From: an uncultured Chloroflexia bacterium
GTDB lineage: Bacteria > Chloroflexota > Limnocylindria > Limnocylindrales > CSP1-4
Length of the DNA stretch: 64,000 bases
Direction of reading: 5' to 3'
Assembly: GCA_963712745.1 (NCBI GenBank)
Contig: CAVQJC010000011.1
Span: 224,001-288,000 of the forward strand
The position numbers were made by a program, and so were the translations under genes. Every line of letters starts with the position of its first letter. Position 1 is the first letter of the stretch. Positions 8,057 to 21,212 of this stretch are shown here, piece after piece. Below the pieces are notes generated by a model that had not been told where the DNA came from, did no database searches, and saw only the letters and a program-made list of their open reading frames with translations.

Positions 8057-10222
8057 CTACAGGCGCTCGTCCTCCGCGCGGTCCCTGCTGGTACGCAGCA
8101 GGCTGGCCAGCGCCACCGACTCCGACTCACCCGGCGCCAGCGAGAGCGGCCACACGAACATCAGCGAGCCGCCCTGGTGGTTGCCCTCGAAGCCGCTCTC
8201 GGACAGTGACATGGTCTCGATCGACCACCACCACGCGGCCGCGGGCGGGGCAGGCCGCGCCTCCAGCTCGATGCCGATGTAGTCGTTGCCCATGCCCACG
8301 TGGTCGGTCGAGTCCACGCTCCGCCGCTGATCGAAGCCACCGGTCTCGCCGTTGACCTTGCACCAGGCGGATGGGTTGCCGCCGCCGCCGAGCATGTTGA
8401 GGCTCCACTCGAAGCCGAGCAGTGCCGCGACCGGCCGGTCCCCGGTGTTGGTGACCTCGACCCGCGAGTCCAGCGTGGGCACCCGCCGGTCGTCGCCGAA
8501 CACGTGGGAGATGCGAACACGGACTGGACCGCAGGAGCCGTCCTCGTACTCGATGCCCCCCTCGCGCTCGAGCACGACCTCGTTGTGTGCGGCGTGCATG
8601 ACCTCGAAGCTGCCCGAGACGAAGTCGCCCAGCTCCCGGTACGACGCCTGCTCGAAGTCATCGGCCGTGGTTCCGACCGGCAGCAGATGCACCAGCCCGG
8701 AGCGGCGCTCGTAGTCGTCGTACCACAGCCGCTGGCTCATGCCCGGCTCGTTGACCTTGACCAGGTCGTGGATCGAGACCGCGCCCTCGCCCGCCTCCTG
8801 CTGCTCGACCTCGCCGGTGTCGGCCTCGCGCAGGATGTCGTGGTAGGCCTCTGGCCGGCGCCGCATGACCGAGGTCATGGCGTGCCGCACCGCGCGGGCG
8901 TCCCACGAGCCGATGCCCCCGCCCTCGTTGGGCTTGATGGCCACGACCTGGCCGGGCGCGGTCACGAGCAGCTCGTCGAAGCCGTCGACATCGAGGTCGG
9001 CCGCCTCGATGGCGACTTCGTTCCGCCCGGCGGCCCGGTCCGCTGCGTCCTCGGCGGCGAGCAGGTGTTCCAGCGTGGCCAGGCGCATGTGCGAGAGGTA
9101 GATGCCGCCGAACAGGCCGTGCCAGTAGCAGTCGTTCGACTGCCCCTGGTAGAGGTGATCGCGGATGGCGTCGAGCTCGGCGGTACCCGCATCGAGCGCC
9201 TCGACCTTGCGCGAGACGCGCAGCATCTGCTTGTGAAGGTCGTTGATCTCGCGGTAGTTGACCTGGAACATGCGCCAGAACCCGCCGCGCATCCAGCGTG
9301 CCTCCGGCTCGTCCTGCTCGACCGCGTGGTGAAGCAACGCGGTGAACTCGCGGCGCGCCTCGATCGGCAGTGACCACTCGCCCATCTCCGCGTACGAGCC
9401 GGTGGGCAGGTACACGCGCCCGATGGGCGGATGCTGTGCCAGGGCGTCGGATGGCCGCAACACCGACAGCCACTCGCTGTTCTCTTCGACCGCGCTGAAG
9501 AAGCGCTCCACCCACTGCTGCTCGCCGTAGCACAGGTTCCAGGTGCCGGGCCAGGTCCCGAACTTCTCGCCGTCGTCGCCCATCATGCCCACCAGCCGTC
9601 CGTCCTCGGTGGCGTGCTCGCGGAGGTAGTCGATGACCTCCTCGACCGGCCGGAAGGGGATGCGGTAGCGCAGGCCCTGTTCGGAGCCGTAGACGATGAC
9701 GCGGTAACCCTGGTCGTCGGTGGAGTAGGGCCCCCAGTGGAGCTCCTGCGGGATGGCCGCGGCTCGGAAATGGGCATCGTCCACGATGGTGAACTCGTAG
9801 CCGGCCTTGACCAGGGCCTTGGGCACGTCGGGCTCCCACACGCGCTCGGCCAGCCAGGCACCCTTTGGACGCAGGCCCACCAGTGACTCGACCTCGTCGG
9901 CCATGCGCTTGAGCTGGCCCACCCGGTCAGCCTCTCGCAGCGATGCCAGCACCGGCTCGTAGTAGCCACCGCCGAGGATCTCGACCTGGCCGCGGTCGAC
10001 CAGCGCGCGCAGGCGGTCGATGACGTCCGGGCGCGAGGCCTTGAACCAGTCCAGCAACGGCCCGGTGTAGTGCAGCCCGAGGCGCACGCCGGGGTGCCGC
10101 TCGAGCGCGTCGAGCATCGGTCCGTAGGCCTTCTGGTAGTTGTCCTCGAAGACGAAGCCGAAGTTGCCGACAGGCTGATGGTTGTGCAGGACGAGGGTGA
10201 GCGAGATGCGTCGATCGGTCAT
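8057..10222 (-). CDS. GH57 alpha-amylase / 4-alpha-glucanotransferase
   Basis: HNHQPVGNF, GGYYEP, GAWLAERVWEP (nucleophile), GDDGEKFG (acid/base), QSNDCYWHGLFGGIY; C-terminal beta domain. Confidence 0.93.
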   Translation of the reverse strand: MTDRRISLTLVLHNHQPVGNFGFVFEDNYQKAYGPMLDALERHPGVRLGLHYTGPLLDWFKASRPDVIDRLRALVDRGQVEILGGGYYEPVLASLREADRVGQLKRMADEVESLVGLRPKGAWLAERVWEPDVPKALVKAGYEFTIVDDAHFRAAAIPQELHWGPYSTDDQGYRVIVYGSEQGLRYRIPFRPVEEVIDYLREHATEDGRLVGMMGDDGEKFGTWPGTWNLCYGEQQWVERFFSAVEENSEWLSVLRPSDALAQHPPIGRVYLPTGSYAEMGEWSLPIEARREFTALLHHAVEQDEPEARWMRGGFWRMFQVNYREINDLHKQMLRVSRKVEALDAGTAELDAIRDHLYQGQSNDCYWHGLFGGIYLSHMRLATLEHLLAAEDAADRAAGRNEVAIEAADLDVDGFDELLVTAPGQVVAIKPNEGGGIGSWDARAVRHAMTSVMRRRPEAYHDILREADTGEVEQQEAGEGAVSIHDLVKVNEPGMSQRLWYDDYERRSGLVHLLPVGTTADDFEQASYRELGDFVSGSFEVMHAAHNEVVLEREGGIEYEDGSCGPVRVRISHVFGDDRRVPTLDSRVEVTNTGDRPVAALLGFEWSLNMLGGGGNPSAWCKVNGETGGFDQRRSVDSTDHVGMGNDYIGIELEARPAPPAAAWWWSIETMSLSESGFEGNHQGGSLMFVWPLSLAPGESESVALASLLRTSRDRAEDERL

Positions 10223-10275
10223 GGCGCCGCACATGCTAGTGGATAGTCGCCCCCGCGCAGCTATAGACTGGACGC

Positions 10276-10950
10276 ATGCGGGGAGACGTCATCCTGGTCG
10301 GTGAGGAACACCGTCGCGCCGCAGGTCTCATCGTCGACCACCTCATCGACGCCGTCAGGCTCATGGACCGCCGGTTCACCATGACTGTGGCCGGCGAGTC
10401 GGGCAGCGGCAAGTCAGAGACCGGACAGGCGCTCGCCGAGGCCTTCGAGGAGCGCGACGTCCACGCGGTGGTGCTCCAGCAGGACGACTACTACGTGCTC
10501 CCGCCCAAGTCGAACGACGCGGCGCGGCGGGCCAACTTCTGCTGGGTGGGGACGACCGAGGTCCGTCTCGACCTCCTCGACGCGCATCTCGAGGCGGCGC
10601 GATCGGGCGCTGCCCAGATCGTGAAGCCGCTCTCGATCTATGACCAAGACCGTATCGACGAGGAGACGGTCTCGTTCGAGGGCGCGAGTGTCGTGATCGC
10701 GGAGGGCGTCTACACGTCGTTGTGCGAGCACGTCGATCGCCGGGTGTTCATCGACCGGAACCGCCTCGAGACGCTCGAGCACCGGATGAGGCGCGCCCGC
10801 GAGGACTTCGACCCCTTCATCGAGAAGGTCCTCACCGAGGAACACGAGATCATCGCGCAGCATCGTGCCCGGGCGGACGTCATCATCACCCGCGATTACG
10901 ACGTCGAGTTCGTGACCGGGTCGATCCTGACCGGCACTCCGGCCTGGAGG
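10276..10950 (+). CDS. Uridine-kinase-like P-loop kinase domain (no stop at the domain end; probably fused to, or frameshifted into, the downstream gene)
   Basis: Walker A AGESGSGKSE, LQQDDYY, VIAEGVY, RADVII. Protein-like sequence ends about 10950 although the track ORF runs on to 11382. Confidence 0.75.
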
Positions 10951-13010
10951 CCTACGCCGGGGGGCACACGTCCTTTGCCGTCGGTCTTCGGCCCCAGGAT
11001 GCCCTGGCGATGCCATTGCGGGACGCGCTCGAGGCCCTGTCTCGACGGTTCGGTGCTGCGGTCGCCGTGGCCCTGTCCGACGACGCCGTCGATCTCTCCC
11101 GCCCGCTTGCCGACCTCCCCGATGTGGTTCGCTCGCCCCGCGCCAACGAGCCGGACTCGACGTGGCTCCGGCGCACGAACATGGTCGGGGTCAACGTGCG
11201 CACGGTCCGCGACTACGGGGGCGTCATCAAGTACGCCCTCACCCTTCCAGCGGCGGTCGATTCGGTCCAGCTGCTGCCGGTGTGGGAGCCGGGCGTGGTC
11301 AAGAGCCTCTACGGCATCGCCAGCTGGAACCTCAGCCGCGAGTTCTTCTCGGAGGAGCTGTACCGGTACTCGCCCAACCTAGACACCATCGAGAAGCAGC
11401 TGCGAGCGATCTCCAACCTCCTGCATCTGTCGGGCAGGACCGTGGGCATGGACGTCATCCCCCACACCGACCGCTTCTCCGAGCCGGCCCTGGGTACGCC
11501 CGACCTGTTCGAGTGGATGCGGGTGCTGGATCGCCGCATCGTGGACCATTCCGATGGAGTCGTCCGCGACGCCGAGGAGGCGATCCACGGGTGGCTCACC
11601 GAACGGGGGACCGCCGACGGGCGTTGGGTCCCGGGCGATCGGCAGGCGCTCTTCGCCCTCGACGAGGCCGACCGCCTGGCCATGCTCTTCGGGCACCCCG
11701 ACGACCTGCACGGCCGCATCGACCGCCGGGTCGATCTCATCCAGCAGCTGAAGCGGTCCGGCCTCGAACCGGTGCCGGCGACGATGGGGGTGCCATTCCG
11801 CGGCATCGAGGTGGACCCGGACCCGAGCCATGTCGTGGTCGATGACTACGGTATGGAATGGCCGGACCTGGTGGTCTCGAAGCCGCGGTTCATGTCGCGA
11901 GTGTTCTCGCCGCTCGCCCGCTACAAGCTCTACGAGTCACTCGACGACAACGCGAAGTGGGAGATCGACTTCACGCGGCCGCGGCCGGCGGTGTGGGACT
12001 ACCTTTGCCGCCACTACGGCGCCACCCAGCACATCGGCAACTTCGACTTCATGCGCGGCGACATGTCCCATGTCCAGATGCGTCCCGATGGCGTCCCGGA
12101 CGTGGTGGACGAGTACTACGACATCCATGCCGCCGTGAAGACGCACATCCAGCGGACGGCGCCGGCACCGTGGTTCGCGTACTTCGCCGAGTCCTTCCTT
12201 CCAGCCCGGGACATCTTCGGGTACGGGGAGGAGCTGGACCACCTGGAGGCGTCACTGGCCGATGCCACCCTCGGCGACCTCCAGTCGACCGTGGTCGGGG
12301 ACCCGTCGTATCTGAGCCGGTTCCGCCGCTATCTCGACGACCTCGCGACCCGTCGCACCGCACCGACGTACACGCTGATGACGGCCGACAAGGACGATCC
12401 CAGGTTCGACGAGTTCTATCGTGGCGGGAACGAGGTTCGGATGCTCACCGCGCTGTTGCTGCCGGACATGCCCAGCTACGTGGGCCTCGGCTTCGAGATC
12501 CGCGACGTGCATACCGAGCCGGTGGAGAACGAGCGATACACGAAGCTTTTCGTGTTCCACGAGGAGGGGGACTCGAACGTCTACCCGTCCAAGGCTCGCT
12601 TCGGTGACGAGTACATCTGGGGCGAGAACGAGGGACTGTTCGAGCGTCTCACCCAGGTCCGGCTTTTCGCCGAGTCGGTACTCCCGGACATCGCTGGGAC
12701 CACGACCAGGTGGCTCATCCCGCCGGACGCGTCCACGCTCCGCGGCATCGCCGCCTGGACCCAGGAAGAGCCGCCCATCTCCCCGACCGCGACCAGCTAC
12801 GTGTGCGTGGTCAACTACGACCTGGCCCGCGATTCGGGGTACTTCGGTCTCCCGGCACTCCAGCCCGACATCGTGCTCACGCCTGTCTTCAGCACGCTCG
12901 GGCGCGAGCACCTCGACCTGACGACGGTATCCCACAACGGCTTCTTCCACCGCATCGAGAACGTGGCCGCAGGAGAGGGACGGGTCTACTCCATCCACCA
13001 CCGGGGGTAG
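10950..13010 (+). CDS. Atypical GH13-like (alpha-amylase fold) enzyme; 5' boundary uncertain
   Basis: GH13-like conserved regions: QLLPVWE, GMDVIPH (I), DFMRGDMSH (II), YFAESF (III), TADKDD (IV-like), YVGLGFEI. Confidence 0.7.
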   Translation, partial: AYAGGHTSFAVGLRPQDALAMPLRDALEALSRRFGAAVAVALSDDAVDLSRPLADLPDVVRSPRANEPDSTWLRRTNMVGVNVRTVRDYGGVIKYALTLPAAVDSVQLLPVWEPGVVKSLYGIASWNLSREFFSEELYRYSPNLDTIEKQLRAISNLLHLSGRTVGMDVIPHTDRFSEPALGTPDLFEWMRVLDRRIVDHSDGVVRDAEEAIHGWLTERGTADGRWVPGDRQALFALDEADRLAMLFGHPDDLHGRIDRRVDLIQQLKRSGLEPVPATMGVPFRGIEVDPDPSHVVVDDYGMEWPDLVVSKPRFMSRVFSPLARYKLYESLDDNAKWEIDFTRPRPAVWDYLCRHYGATQHIGNFDFMRGDMSHVQMRPDGVPDVVDEYYDIHAAVKTHIQRTAPAPWFAYFAESFLPARDIFGYGEELDHLEASLADATLGDLQSTVVGDPSYLSRFRRYLDDLATRRTAPTYTLMTADKDDPRFDEFYRGGNEVRMLTALLLPDMPSYVGLGFEIRDVHTEPVENERYTKLFVFHEEGDSNVYPSKARFGDEYIWGENEGLFERLTQVRLFAESVLPDIAGTTTRWLIPPDASTLRGIAAWTQEEPPISPTATSYVCVVNYDLARDSGYFGLPALQPDIVLTPVFSTLGREHLDLTTVSHNGFFHRIENVAAGEGRVYSIHHRG

Positions 13011-13240
13011 GCTATCGAGCTCGGTCGCGCGGTCCCACCCGGGCCGAGATGCCCCGCCAGCCCTCCGTGCAGGCGAGTGGACGGGCGAGACCGTGCCGCT
13101 ACCGACCTACTACCTGGATGGTCCGAATCAACAGGTCGGCGTATCATCCGCTCCGCCGGCCTGGGGGGATGCCTCCGCCGCCGGCGAACCCGGAAACGCC
13201 ACCGCACCGCTGGTGGCATAGGAGGAGGACGAAACAACCG

Positions 13241-14479
13241 ATGTCCAACCGATATAAGGCCCTGGCGCTCGTCGGGTCGCTGGCGATGGTCGCCGCTACC
13301 GCCGTCCCTGCCGCCGCGCAGACCGATATCACGCTGTGGACGAACGAGGAAGCGGGCCCGCTGGAGTTCGTCAAGGGCCTCACCGCCGCCTACGAGGAGG
13401 CCAACCCGGACGTCAGCATCACCACCATCTTCCACGCGTCCGAGGACATGGTCAACGACGTCCTCACGGCATCGCTCGGCGGCCAGTCGCCCGACCTGCT
13501 GTGGACCGCGGCCGATCACGTGGGACCGTTGGCAGCGGCGGGTCAGATCGCGCCCCTGGATGACCTGGTCGACACCAGCGCCTATGTGCCGGCCGCGGTC
13601 GAAGTCACGACCGTCGACGGGCAGGTCTGGGGTGTGCCCAACAGCTTCGGCAACGCGCTCGTGCTCTATTACAACAAGGACGTCATCCCCGAGGCTCCCG
13701 CCAACACCGACGAGCTCATCGAGCTGGCCAAGGCCAACACTGATGTGGACGCCGGCAAGTACGGACTGGTGTACGACCAGACCCAGTCCTTCTGGCTGAC
13801 CCCCTGGCTGGGCGGGTTCGGTGCCTCGGTCTTCGACGAGGAAGGTAATCCCTCGCTCGGCAGCGATGCCATGGTCGAGGCGCTGACCTTCCTGCAGGAC
13901 CTCAAGTGGACCCACGGCGTCATGCCGCTGGACACGAACATCGAGACCGCGAACGCTCTCTGGCTGAGCGGCGACGCGGCCATGACCATCAACGGCGACT
14001 GGAGCCTGGGCCAGTTCTCCGACGCGCTCGGCGACTCCCTCGGCATCGCCCCGATCCCGGAGGTCGTGGGTGGCGATTGGCCCGCACCGTGGCTGTCCGG
14101 CAAGTACCTGATGGTGCCGAGCGCGACCGCCGAGGACGAGGCCAAGGCTGCCGTCGTCGCCGACATCATCGATTTCCTCAACAACAAGGACAACCAGATC
14201 GCGATGGTGGAGGCGCTCGCTCGCATCCCCGGCAATGCCGAGGCCATCGACGATCCGGTGGTGACCGAGGACCCGGCCATCTCCGGCTTCGCCGCTGCTG
14301 CCAGCAACGGCACGCAGCAGCCGATTAACCTTGAGATGAACTGCGCCTGGGATGCCATGACGAACGGTCTCGTCACGCTCTACTCCAGCGCAGACGCGTC
14401 GCCGGCCGACGTGGCTGCCGGCATGCAGTCGGCGCTGGAGGGCGCGGTGGCCCCAGGCGGCGCCTGCGGACCCGCCTAG
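13241..14479 (+). CDS. Maltose/maltodextrin-type ABC solute-binding protein (MalE-like)
   Basis: ATG 13241 after GGAGGAGG; signal peptide AAA-QT; PDLLW..ADHVG, LYYNKD...P.NTDEL, AMTINGDW, EMNCAWDAM. Confidence 0.9.
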   Translation: MSNRYKALALVGSLAMVAATAVPAAAQTDITLWTNEEAGPLEFVKGLTAAYEEANPDVSITTIFHASEDMVNDVLTASLGGQSPDLLWTAADHVGPLAAAGQIAPLDDLVDTSAYVPAAVEVTTVDGQVWGVPNSFGNALVLYYNKDVIPEAPANTDELIELAKANTDVDAGKYGLVYDQTQSFWLTPWLGGFGASVFDEEGNPSLGSDAMVEALTFLQDLKWTHGVMPLDTNIETANALWLSGDAAMTINGDWSLGQFSDALGDSLGIAPIPEVVGGDWPAPWLSGKYLMVPSATAEDEAKAAVVADIIDFLNNKDNQIAMVEALARIPGNAEAIDDPVVTEDPAISGFAAAASNGTQQPINLEMNCAWDAMTNGLVTLYSSADASPADVAAGMQSALEGAVAPGGACGPA

Positions 14480-14494
14480 CCGACCTCACGTACG

Positions 14495-14531
14495 GAACGA
14501 GGCCCCGACCCCCGAGGTCGGGGCCTCGTTC
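14495..14531. terminator. Stem-loop after SBP gene (stabiliser or partial terminator)
   Basis: Perfect 16-bp inverted repeat GAACGAGGCCCCGACC-N5-GGTCGGGGCCTCGTTC. Confidence 0.7.
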
Positions 14532-14579
14532 ATAATCGCGAAAGATCCCGTCGGGAGCTAGGAGGAGTCCCCGGGAACC

Positions 14580-15851
14580 ATGTTCGACTTCGAGCAGGCC
14601 TGGATCGCGTTCAGCGATGTCGCGTCCTCGCTGGTCATCATCGTCCTGGCCATCGTGGCCATGGAGGCGCTGCTTTACCTGGGCCTGATGGCCAGGAAGG
14701 GCGAGCGCGGGACGGTCGTGGCGGCGATCGCCGCGCCGCTGGCCGCCGTCGGCGCGTACCTGCTCCTGAGCGTCGAGTCACTGTCGCTCGACGGTCTGAC
14801 TTCGCTCTCAGGGGATACCTGGATCTCGCTCGCGGTCATCGCGGGCGTCATCCTCGCGCTCGAGGGTGCCATCTACTTCTTCTGGACGCGACGGCGCACC
14901 GTCAGCGGTCGCCTGGCGTTGCCGGCGATGCTGCTGGCCCCGGCGGTCGCCGGCATCGGGCTGCTGTACGTCTACCCGCTGCTGTACGAGCTCAATCTCT
15001 CGTTCACGAAGATGAACGTGCGCAACTTCATCGACCCCGGGTTGCTGGGGCTGACCTGGGAGGGCACGATCCTGGAGCCCTTCGGGGCAGAGCGCGACAT
15101 CTTCGTCGGCCTGGACAACTACGTCAACGTCTTCACCAAGCCCATCCTGCAGCAGACCGGGTTCTGGCAGCTGTTCCTGCAGACCATCGTGTGGACGGTC
15201 GTCTGCATCTTCTTCCATGTCACGCTGGGCATCGCCCTGGCCTTGATGCTCAATCGCCAGCTGCGCGGCCGTACGCTCTACCGCGCGATCCTCATCCTGC
15301 CGTGGGCCATCCCTGTCTTCATCTCGCTGCAGATCTGGCGCACCGAGTTCAACTTCCAGTTCGGCGCCGTCAACCAGATCCTGGGCATCGTCGGCATCGA
15401 GCCCATCCCCTGGATGATCGATCCGTTCTGGAACTTCACGGCCATGATCATCGCCAACGTGTGGCTGGGCGTGCCCTTCATGATGGTCATCACCCTCGGC
15501 GGGCTGCAGGCCATCTCAAGCGACTACTACGAGGCCGCGGAGATCGACGGCGCCAGCGGCCGCCAGCAGCTCTTCCGGATCACGCTGCCGCTGCTGCGAC
15601 CGGTGCTGGTGCCGGCTGTCCTGCTGGGCGTGTTCCTGACCTTCAACAACATCATGGTCCCGTTCTTCATCAACCAGAACAAGCTGGAGAGCAGCGACAT
15701 CCTGGTGACGGCGCTCTATCGCGCGGCCTTCGAGTTCAACCGCTTCGGGTTCTCCGCTGCCTTCGCGTTCGTCATCTTCGGGCTCCTGCTGGCCTTCACC
15801 ATCTGGTACGTGCGCCAGACCAACGTGCTCAAGGGAACGTACGAATCATGA
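14580..15851 (+). CDS. Carbohydrate ABC permease (MalF-like)
   Basis: ILILPWAIP, NVWLGVPFMM, YYEAAEIDGAS, TFNN motifs; N-terminal TM extension. Confidence 0.92.
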   Translation: MFDFEQAWIAFSDVASSLVIIVLAIVAMEALLYLGLMARKGERGTVVAAIAAPLAAVGAYLLLSVESLSLDGLTSLSGDTWISLAVIAGVILALEGAIYFFWTRRRTVSGRLALPAMLLAPAVAGIGLLYVYPLLYELNLSFTKMNVRNFIDPGLLGLTWEGTILEPFGAERDIFVGLDNYVNVFTKPILQQTGFWQLFLQTIVWTVVCIFFHVTLGIALALMLNRQLRGRTLYRAILILPWAIPVFISLQIWRTEFNFQFGAVNQILGIVGIEPIPWMIDPFWNFTAMIIANVWLGVPFMMVITLGGLQAISSDYYEAAEIDGASGRQQLFRITLPLLRPVLVPAVLLGVFLTFNNIMVPFFINQNKLESSDILVTALYRAAFEFNRFGFSAAFAFVIFGLLLAFTIWYVRQTNVLKGTYES

Positions 15852-15864
15852 GCGAGGCGACGGC

Positions 15865-16788
15865 ATGAGCATCCAGACACGAGGCATGGCCGAGGCCAGT
15901 GCAGAGCGCGGGGAGCGTGGCCTGCGTGAGCGCCTGACGCAGCCACCGCGACGCGGCGAGGACTCACCCTTGAAGCGGGCCCTCATCCACCTCGCGCTCA
16001 TCAGCGCGGCGATCATCGTGCTGTACCCGGTGCTGCGCGTGTTCAGCACGTCCCTGCGCCCCGACCAGACGGTGACTGACAAGTCGCTGGCCATCATCCC
16101 TGAGGACGCCACGCTCGACGCCTACTACCGAGTCCTGTTCGAGGACAACTTTCTCAACTGGGTCTTCAACAGCCTGATGGTGACCTTCGGCGTGGCCACG
16201 CTGGGTCTGATCATCGCAGCCGTCTCCGCCTATGGCTTCAGTCGCTACAGGTTCCGCGCGCGCAACGGCGGGCTGACCTTCCTGTTCGCCACCCAGCTCA
16301 TTCCCGGCGTCATGCTGCTGGTCCCGATCTTCATCATCTATGTGCAGGCCGGCCTGGTGAACACGTACCCGGGCCTGATGCTGGCCTATGCGGTCACGGC
16401 CATTCCCTTCTCGATCTGGATCCTGAAGGGCTACTACGACACCATCCCCTTCGATCTCGAGGAAGCCGCCAAGATCGACGGCTGTACCGAGTTCCAGGCC
16501 TTCTACCGGGTGCTCTTGCCCCTATCCCTGCCGGCCCTGGCCATCGTCTACCTGCTCAACTTCCTGGCTGCGTGGGGCGAATACTTCTTCGCTCGCATCC
16601 TCGTCGGTGGCAACGAGGCGCTGCTGACCTGGCCGCTGGGCCTCGCTCGCTACCAATCGCAGTTCACGACGCAGTGGGCGGACCTGTCGGCGGCGTCGAT
16701 CATGGTCAGCATCCCCATCGTCATCCTCTTCGTGTACATCTCCAAGTACCTCGTGTCCGGCCTCACCCTCGGTGGCGTCAAGGGCTAG
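15865..16788 (+). CDS. Carbohydrate ABC permease (MalG-like)
   Basis: IWILKGYYDTIPFDLEEAAKIDG, LVSGLTLGGVKG C-terminus. Confidence 0.93.
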   Translation: MSIQTRGMAEASAERGERGLRERLTQPPRRGEDSPLKRALIHLALISAAIIVLYPVLRVFSTSLRPDQTVTDKSLAIIPEDATLDAYYRVLFEDNFLNWVFNSLMVTFGVATLGLIIAAVSAYGFSRYRFRARNGGLTFLFATQLIPGVMLLVPIFIIYVQAGLVNTYPGLMLAYAVTAIPFSIWILKGYYDTIPFDLEEAAKIDGCTEFQAFYRVLLPLSLPALAIVYLLNFLAAWGEYFFARILVGGNEALLTWPLGLARYQSQFTTQWADLSAASIMVSIPIVILFVYISKYLVSGLTLGGVKG

Positions 16789-16833
16789 GCTGAACAGGCT
16801 GAACAGGCCGGGTTGGGGAAGCTGGCCGGCGCT

Positions 16834-18607
16834 CTACGTGATGGATGCCTGGTGGGCAGCCCAGACCTCGTCGCGGTGGACCGAAGCGCGGGAGCGGATG
16901 TAGGGCACGTACGACGGCCACCACATGGCCTCGTCCAGCACGGCCTCGAGGTCTTGCCCCGGTGCCATGCGCGCCACGCCCGACTCGACCGCCTCCCTGG
17001 CCACCGCCAGGCCCACCTCGCGCGAGATGTCGCTCAGCGAATCGACCGGCGGGTAGAGCGCTCCGGTCGCCAGCCGCTCGTCCGTCACCTGACCAGCCAG
17101 GGCGTGGGCGGCCTTGAGGAACATCTCCTCGGTGATGCGCGAGGCTTCTGCCACCACGGCCCCCAGCCCGACACCCGGGAAGACGAAGACGTTGTTGGCC
17201 TGGCCCACCGGCCGGGGGCCGCCCTTCCACGAGACCGGCGAGAAGGGGCTGCCGGTAGCGATGAGTGCCCGCCCGTCGCTCCACGAGAGGATGTCGGTGG
17301 GCGTGGCTTCGACCCGGCTCGACGGGTTCGAAAGCGCGAAGATCGACCGGCTCGTCGACAGCCTCGGCCATGGCCTCCACCACGCACTGGTCGAACGAGC
17401 CCGGCTGACCGGTGGTCCCGATGAGCACGTCCGGCCTGATGGCCTTGATGAGCTCGCACAAGCGATCGTGGTCGTCGCCGTGCGACGTCAGTCCCAGGCT
17501 TGCCACGCGCTCGGAAGCGATGGCCACCTCCTGCTTGAACTCATCGAGATCGGTGCGTCCAGCGTGCACCAGCCCGCGCGAATCGAGCAGCGCGATGCGC
17601 GCGTCGATGTCCGCTTCCGACAGGCCCTCGTGGGAGAGCGCGCGCCGTAGCAGGCGGGCGATGCCGATACCGGCCGCACCCGCACCCGCGAGCACGAAGC
17701 GCAGCTCACCGACCGGGCGGCCCAGGCGGCGCGCGGCGGCATAGACCCCGGCTACCGCGACCGCGGCCGTCCCCTGCACGTCATCGTTGAAGCTGGGCAC
17801 GTGGTGACGGAAGCGGTCCAGGATGCGCAGAGCGTTGGGGCCCTTGAAGTCTTCCCACTGGATGATGCAGCCGGGCCAGACCTCCTCCACGCCTCGCACG
17901 AACGCGCTGATGAGCTCCCGGTAGGGCGCGCCACGCAGCCGGCGTGCGCGATAGCCCATGTACAGCGGATCGCGCAGCAGCGTCTTGTTGTCCGTACCCA
18001 CGTCAAGCGAGATGGGCAGCGTCAGCGAAGGATGAAGGCCGCCGCCTGCGGAGTAGAGCGCCAGCTTGCCGATGGGGATGCCCATGCCGCCGGCGCCCTG
18101 GTCGCCGAGGCCCAGGATGCGTTCGTTGTCGGTGACCACGATGAGGCGCACGTCGGCGTAGGGCGAGTTGCGCAGCACCGCTGGGACGCGGTCGATGTCG
18201 TCAGGCGTGATCCAGATGCCGCGCGTGCGCCGCAGGATGTGGCTGAACTGCTGGCAGGCCTGGCCCACGGTCGGCGTGTAGACCACCGGCATGAGCTCCT
18301 CGAGGTGGTCGGCCAGGAGCCGGTAGAAGAGTGTCGCGTTGCGGTCCTGCAGGGCAGCCAGGCCGATGTACTTCTCCAGCGCGTCATCCTTGCGCGCGAC
18401 GTGCTCCCACTCGAGCTGGACCTGCTCCTCGATGGTCTGGACCCGGTCGGGCAGCATGCCCCGCAGCCCGAACGCCTCGCGCTCGTCCTGGCGGAAGGCG
18501 AGATCCTTGGTGAAGAGCCGGGCGCCCAGCAGCTTGTAGCCGCGCAGGTCGATCTCGGCCGGGCGGCCCGCGACGATCGACGCGAATGGTTCCTCGAGTG
18601 GCTTCAT
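16834..18607 (-). CDS. maeA: NAD-dependent malic enzyme (frameshift near 17345, probably an assembly error)
   Basis: MPVVYTPTVG, VVTDNERILGLGDQG, QWEDF, FNDDVQGT, GAGAAGIG in frame A; IFALSNP...GQANNVFVFPG in the second frame. Confidence 0.9.
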
Positions 18608-18841
18608 CCGGACCTCCAGGGCAGGCGAACCGACGCTGCGTCCACGGTAGGGGAGTCGGCCGCACCCGGCTAGGGAACGGCGGTCCGTCCGAAGGCGGCC
18701 GTTCGGCCCATCCATCGTACGTTTCCCGGGCCGCGGTCTGGCCGCGGCCCGAGCCGGGCCTCGTGGTGCGCGACCCCGTGGTGGCCTGGGCCGGCGGCTG
18801 CTGATGCGCGACCGCAGGGGCTCGGCGCGTATGCTGAGAGG

Positions 18842-21049
<2,208 letters not shown>

Positions 21050-21212
21050 CCGTCCTACTGGACGCGGCTTCGGCGCGACGGGCGCTCGGCGAGACAGCTG
21101 ACGCAGGTGGGGTTGCATCGGCCGCTATCCTGTGGAGTGCCGCAGTCATGCGGTGTCTGCCCACGTGCCCGGTCAGGCCAAGTTCGACGTACTTGGCGAA
21201 GGGAGAACGACC

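Noticed and set aside
7154-8355. Long overlapping ORFs across the repeat region
   Set aside because: Low-complexity R/P/A-rich translations produced by repeats and high GC; no RBS or motifs.
10950-11382. C-terminal extension of the kinase ORF in the track
   Set aside because: Off-frame shadow of the GH13-like gene with non-protein-like composition.
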